Positions 58,947 through 64,000 of a stretch of DNA of 64,000 nucleotides are shown one piece after another. The translations under genes and the position numbers were made by a program. The first letter of the stretch is position 1, and the number at the start of each line of letters is the position of its first letter. Source of the DNA: Paramoeba atlantica (lineage: Eukaryota; Protista; Discosea); NCBI GenBank assembly GCA_977017575.1, contig CDRNVI010000103.1, forward strand, positions 68,610 through 132,609. Reading direction: 5' to 3'. A model generated the notes under the pieces. The model saw only the letters and a program-made list of their open reading frames with translations, was not told the origin of the DNA and did no database searches.

Positions 58947-59558
58947 ATGCTTGCAGATTTATCTACCAGGGGTCAGTATCTCAAGACGCCTTTGTTCCGC
59001 TCCAAGGATAGCTCTTCCCGTGCGGGCAAGGTCCGGGGAGCGTCTCTACCTCAGGAGTTTATTTTATCTCGTGTGCTGCAGGACGTGCACAACCCTTTAC
59101 CCTCATGGAACACTACAACCCCTGCTTGCGACTGGGAAGGCATGACATGCTCTAAGGAACTATTAGTACGAATGGATTGTCGAAAAAGGGGACTTTCGGG
59201 GGAAATACGCTGGGAACATCTACCCCGTACTCTTATCGGTTTTAATGTGTACAAGAATAAGCTGAGCGGGGTGTTGGATCTTTCTGATTTACCGCCTGAG
59301 TTGCGAGTATTCAATGTTTCATACAATTTCTTTACGGGGGAGTTGGACTTGTGTCATTTGCCTGCTTTTATGGAACAAATTTTGTTTTCCACGAACCATT
59401 TCAGTGGTAAGGTTGATTTTTCACTATTGCCCCGTAAACTTATTGCCCTTGCTGTACGAAATAACGAAGAGCTTTGTGGAACGATGAATTTAAAAGAATT
59501 GCCACCCAACCTGTCCTATCATCCGGTTCGTGGTACGCAAATAAAAATTATTGAGTGA
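58947..59558 (+). CDS. LRR family protein (paralogue 13)
   Basis: KVRGASLPQEFILSRV, TPACDWEGMTC. Confidence 0.9.
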   Translation: MLADLSTRGQYLKTPLFRSKDSSSRAGKVRGASLPQEFILSRVLQDVHNPLPSWNTTTPACDWEGMTCSKELLVRMDCRKRGLSGEIRWEHLPRTLIGFNVYKNKLSGVLDLSDLPPELRVFNVSYNFFTGELDLCHLPAFMEQILFSTNHFSGKVDFSLLPRKLIALAVRNNEELCGTMNLKELPPNLSYHPVRGTQIKIIE

Positions 59559-59712
59559 GCATGCCTTTGTAAATTATACACTTGTGTACTGTCTTTTCTT
59601 GTTCGTGTGCGCTTCGTTGATAATAATGAGGTGTCCGTAGAGAGATTTTTTACAAAACAAAACGTTTCCTTATAATACAAGTGTGTATTCTTTTCGAAAC
59701 TTGTCTCCGTTT

Positions 59713-61389
59713 ATGACTCGGTCACAGTGGAATATGAGTACGCGCCTATCACGAAAATTCCGAATGCTGACCTGTGGTGGTCAACCCTCCCTCTCTCCTA
59801 TGTTCCCTCGGTTTTACCATTCCGCCCCTTCCTATCACCCTGAAAACTCCGTGACTTTCTCGGAGAGGGATTTAAAAAAGGGGGGTATGCGAACATCCTC
59901 CTCCTCCTTGTTGGGAGGCTTTCACGAGGATTCGATGGTTTCAAGTCTTTCTCCTTCTCTGCGTGGAGCGCACTTGGAACGAGGTCGAGCAAGTTCCCTT
60001 TTTGCTCAATGTCTGCATAGCCAAGTTCCTGTTCTTTCGTTTGGAAAAAATGCACGCCGGGAGAAAGAAAGAAAACATTCCAGTACAATCGATGAAGATT
60101 CTTCAAATTTTCTGGACAATGAAGAAACGATTTCAGAGGATCAACAGGTTACCGCAAAAGATCAGCGTCGTATTGAATCTGATTTCGGAATGACTCACCA
60201 ACGCCCTTCAGGCATTTTCTCTGATTCAGCGCATGGAGACTCGGAACCAAGCTGCACGCTCCATAGTTCTGACGTACACAGACTCGTAGAAGAAGCGAAA
60301 AGGGAGAGAATGATAAAATGTTCTGTGACTGAAGGAGAAAAGTCGCTTGAGCGACGATCTCCGTATCGATCGTCTCTTTCCCATTCTCTACGACGACGTC
60401 GCGAAAGCTTACTAACGGTGGGAAAAAGTCAAGAACAGTCACGCAACTCATCAGGTTTAAAAATGGTTGCCGTCCCCTGTATTTCCTCTGCCATTACCCA
60501 AATGTGGCCCGGATCTGATCCCGAATTTACCACATTAAACGACAAAAATGCAAAGAAGCTTTTTGAGATAGATCAGTCCAGTGACAAACGCGCATTCGAG
60601 CAACGCGAAGAATCTTGTTGGGAACACGTCCACAACAGCTACGGCTTCCTTACAAAGCCTCGTTACCTCTCCTGGGCTCAATTCCTTCGGGAACAGAAAC
60701 GCTTCCACCTCCGCTGGCGACTCCTGAGTTCCACCAGTCAATTTATGAGCTTTACCCTTTATGATCGGGAAAAAGACCGACCCAGAACCCAAACCCACCT
60801 CCACGAAACCACACCCTATCTCGAGGACGGGTCCGAATCCACCCAGGTCGCGCTCCATCTCCTCGCGGACTGTCCCCGAGCGCACTCCCTCTCTCACCTC
60901 CTCCATGCCACAGAGGAACACTGGCACATGAATGAGTTGACGCAATGCAGTACGATGCGTGCTCCTTCTTCGTCTTCTTCTTCCTCCTCTTCCGCAGAGC
61001 CCATGGCCTCTGCGTTTACAAAACCACAAATCTCACAACAAAACAAAATCTCGCAAACCGCATCGCACACCAGCGCGATTCGTTTCTCCAATGATTTAGG
61101 AAAAACGACAGAACTTTTGTTTACCACCACAGCGACTAAAAAGCTGATTTTATTTCACCCCTCTTCCTTTTCCAGCGGTCCAGTCGCGGAGATGTCGCTG
61201 CAGACCTTTACTCGACTGCTGCTGGAGAGTTGCGTCCGGGTGATCCGGGAGGCCCCGTTTGGGGTCTCGAACGCGACGTTTTGCACCGAACAGCATTTAC
61301 GCGAGATGGAGGTGATGTGGGGCTCGTTAAGGGCAGCCGCGAGACTACGACAGGAGGCGTTTCCGTTGGGTGATAGGCTGCTGCGGTGA
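59713..61389 (+). CDS. Hypothetical protein, possibly mitochondrial
   Basis: Long open frame; Arg/Ser-rich N-terminus; first ATG used. Confidence 0.65.
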   Translation: MTRSQWNMSTRLSRKFRMLTCGGQPSLSPMFPRFYHSAPSYHPENSVTFSERDLKKGGMRTSSSSLLGGFHEDSMVSSLSPSLRGAHLERGRASSLFAQCLHSQVPVLSFGKNARREKERKHSSTIDEDSSNFLDNEETISEDQQVTAKDQRRIESDFGMTHQRPSGIFSDSAHGDSEPSCTLHSSDVHRLVEEAKRERMIKCSVTEGEKSLERRSPYRSSLSHSLRRRRESLLTVGKSQEQSRNSSGLKMVAVPCISSAITQMWPGSDPEFTTLNDKNAKKLFEIDQSSDKRAFEQREESCWEHVHNSYGFLTKPRYLSWAQFLREQKRFHLRWRLLSSTSQFMSFTLYDREKDRPRTQTHLHETTPYLEDGSESTQVALHLLADCPRAHSLSHLLHATEEHWHMNELTQCSTMRAPSSSSSSSSSAEPMASAFTKPQISQQNKISQTASHTSAIRFSNDLGKTTELLFTTTATKKLILFHPSSFSSGPVAEMSLQTFTRLLLESCVRVIREAPFGVSNATFCTEQHLREMEVMWGSLRAAARLRQEAFPLGDRLLR

Positions 61390-61569
61390 AGGGGGGAAAT
61401 TTTCAAATTCAAGGCACTTAAACTTGAAACCCTTTTCTTTCATAATAGAGGGAGGAGCAAATATTTTCGTTTTTTTTTGTATTTTCTCTTGTCTCATAAA
61501 TCTAAATAAATACCCACATCAACAGCTCCTGTACTCTACATCGATTTTTTCTTGGGTTTATTTAAACCG

Positions 61570-62841
61570 ATGCTCCATCTCCTCTTTTCGGATGATGGCA
61601 ATTCCGTCTCGTCTCACGCTTCAAGAGTTCGCGGAGCGTCATTACCCCAAGAAATCGAGCTCTCTCGTTGTTTACGGGATATTGAAAATCCTCACCCTAC
61701 ATGGACTTCAGCGCAGCACGCGTGTGCGTGGCATGGGGTAAAATGCGTGGACCAACTTGCAACGGCAATCATTTGGGACTCACGACTATTATGTGGACGT
61801 ATCGATTGGACTTCCTTACCCCACTCTCTAAAAAGTTTTGGAGTTCAGCAGAATGAACTAAGCGGTAATGTCGTGCTTACCTCACTACCCCCTCAGCTGA
61901 AATCTCTCAATGGATGTTTGAATCAGTTTTCTGGAGAACTGGATTTTAACAGTCTGCCACATAACATGGAATATCTTTATAAAGATAAAGATACAGTTTC
62001 TGTACCTTGTTGGTACATTTTGCTAGCCCTTCCTTTCTTTTCCCGGAAACGGGCATATTCTTACTTTTAAATGCCCGTTTCCGGCTGACGGCTAGCTGGA
62101 ACTGTCCCTCTTTGTCGCGGAAGTAGGGGACGCACTTCGCACTCTTCACCCCTCCCCGGCTCGCTCTCTTCGAGTGAGCTTTCTTCCCTCCCCGGCTCTC
62201 TACTTCTCGTGCTTTCTTCTCCCGGGAGCTATGCGCCATGGTGGCCTCCTTTGAGGACCACTGGGCGTGCTACAGCGGGAGGACACGTTGTATGCGTGTA
62301 TAGGGGATGCGAACTTGCATCCCTCTCTCCCTACATGCTGTAGCGAGTGCGGCGGTAACGGACCTCCCCATGATGCATCATGATCCACGATAGACCATCT
62401 AACAGCATGAACCCACGGCTTGACCGTGTTGCAGCATGAACCATGGCTATACGTGCTGTAGCATGACCGATGGGCGACTCGTCTCCTACCTCGCACTCCA
62501 CTCTCTGTGTGACACCCGTCGTATGCGGGTCATGCGCTGATGGTATCGGCCGTCACACAGAGAGACGTATCTCTGCGCCACGAGCGTATGATCATAACCA
62601 TCTTATGAATAATAATTTTACAGGGTGCCTTAAGCTTACCATGTTGCCTTCTAAGATGGTATTTCTTTTTCTGAATGACAATGCATTTGACGGAACCATA
62701 GAAATACGCCATATTCCCTTGAATATGCAGTATTTGATGTTATTCGACAATCCTGGTCTCTGCGGGGTCATTCATTTATCAGATTTTCCTTCAACGCTTC
62801 AGCAGTACGACTGGAAAAATACGAAAATAACATCCATATAA
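61570..62841 (+). pseudogene. LRR family gene (paralogue 14) split by a 621-bp insertion
   Basis: ..LPHNMEYLY (ends 61980) + LMNNNFTG.. (starts 62602) rejoin in frame into a canonical LxxLxLxxNxFxG repeat. Confidence 0.92.
61981..62131 (+). ncRNA. Spliced leader (SL) RNA gene, exon lacking its first ~6 nt
   Basis: ..GATACAGTTTCTGTACCTTGTTG|GTAC: kinetoplastid SL core, TTG|GT donor at 62012/62013; stem I TGTACC/GGTACA; stem II GCTAGCC/GGCTAGC enclosing a perfect 14-bp stem; stem III 62104-62131; 3' end approximate. Confidence 0.8.
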
Positions 62842-62984
62842 AGCTATATAGAATTTATACGGAATTTTAGTCTACTCCCCTGATCAAAAATAAAAGAAAA
62901 TGTATCTTGATTGATATTTTGGCTAAACTGAAGCAAAATTCAGTTTTTTCACTTTTTTCATAAATCTGTTCAAAACATACATTG

Positions 62985-63050
62985 CCGCGTACGGTACTCG
63001 GGTACTCATAGCGAGTACGTACCCGAGTACCGTACTCGCGGTACTCGCTT
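62985..63050. repeat. Palindromic GGTACTC/GAGTACC repeat cluster
   Basis: GTACGGTACTCGGGTAC..GTACCCGAGTACCGTAC. Confidence 0.6.
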
Positions 63051-63709
63051 TGCAATACTCACTAGCCCAAAACAATAGTAGCAGGTGGCAGTAAACAGGG
63101 GTATAGGAATAAAACCAGGATGGTATGAGATATGGTAAGAAGTGTTTGTCTCGGAGCCTAGTGTGCAGTGATGGTTCTAGAAAGCTGGGGCACGTCTGAT
63201 TTCCTACGAAAGAAATTTCCTATTTCATAAAATGAATTTCTAAACAGAATAGAAAGGAAAAACGAACTCGGCAAAAGGAAAGTATGAGATACAAAGGAAT
63301 ACGAAAACGAAAATCAATGACAGGTCAAACATTCAGTTTTTAAGTATGAAAAGTAATGCATAATGTACGAACAGTACCGAAGACATTCAAAAGGTAGCGT
63401 TGTTCGCATGACGAAGAAAAATTTAAGCCCGAGGATAAAGTGTAGCCCGGATGATTGTTAAGCACATTAGGTGAAACATCGAAAGCCCCACAGAAAAATA
63501 TGAATATCAATTCAAGTATGTAGAACGCTTTAACGAAATAGAACAAAATTTTCATAAGCTTTTTACCGAAACTGTGTGCTCACTAATCTTATCCACACCC
63601 CTTATCGCAGCACATAAACATGTTGAAAGAAACCTAGAATAGTAAACTAATGAGCACCGTAATCGTGCTCAGTCGAATATAAATCTTCGTCACTCTCACC
63701 CTCATCATC

Positions 63710-64000
63710 TCATTTTGCCGAAGGAAACAGACAATCAAGTTTTTCCTGGTTCCCACGAACAAATATTCGGTTCCATACTACTTGGGGAGAAATACGAGAT
63801 TGTCTCGAATTACACGTATACATGTAAGACAATATTGATAACCAACCGTCACATCTAGTAACAACAGCGGGTATCCAAATGTAATGAACGGCAGCTCGGA
63901 AAATGCTAGGAAACATGTCGCTTCCGACGCGTACCCACCATTCATACTCATTCTTCTGCACTTCAGGATTCCAATTGTAATTGCAACAGTTCCCCCATTC
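63710..64000 (-). mobile_element. Degenerate hAT transposase C-terminal dimerisation domain (partial)
   Basis: EWWVRVGSDMFPSIFRAAVHYIWIPA..SRQSRISPQ..IFVRGN fits WW..FP.L..A..L.IPA pattern; frame open to window end. Confidence 0.6.

Noticed and set aside
62583-62599. GCGTATGATCATAACC resembling a 5S rRNA 5' end
   Set aside because: Only ~15 nt, no 5S internal boxes or complementary 3' end seen; better explained as SL upstream sequence plus exon start.

Overview
Eukaryotic nuclear DNA, most likely from a kinetoplastid/euglenozoan (inference; possibly a Perkinsela-like prokinetoplastid). Evidence: all host genes are apparently intronless and on the + strand like one polycistronic cluster, pyrimidine tracts precede them, HSP60/HSP10 look kinetoplastid-like, and there is a spliced-leader (SL) RNA sequence with the ACAGTTTCTGTAC core. 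About 13 other host genes (ABC1 kinase, PhLP3/TXNDC9, two HSP10, HSP60, COA3-like, a degenerate G3PDH homologue, hypotheticals) are interleaved with 14 paralogues of one LRR family that share an N-terminal [RK]VxxxxLPxExxL motif. Intergenic DNA holds TA-flanked Tc1/mariner-type elements (unusual DD29E spacing), MITEs, pogo and hAT fragments, a CRE-like RLE retrotransposon 3' end between 169-bp direct repeats, and a 0.9-kb hairpin-ended repeat in tandem and inverted copies. Most striking: a 621-bp, apparently circularly permuted SL RNA gene unit (61981-62601) inserted inside an LRR gene. All family calls come from motif recognition by eye; no searches or computations were run.
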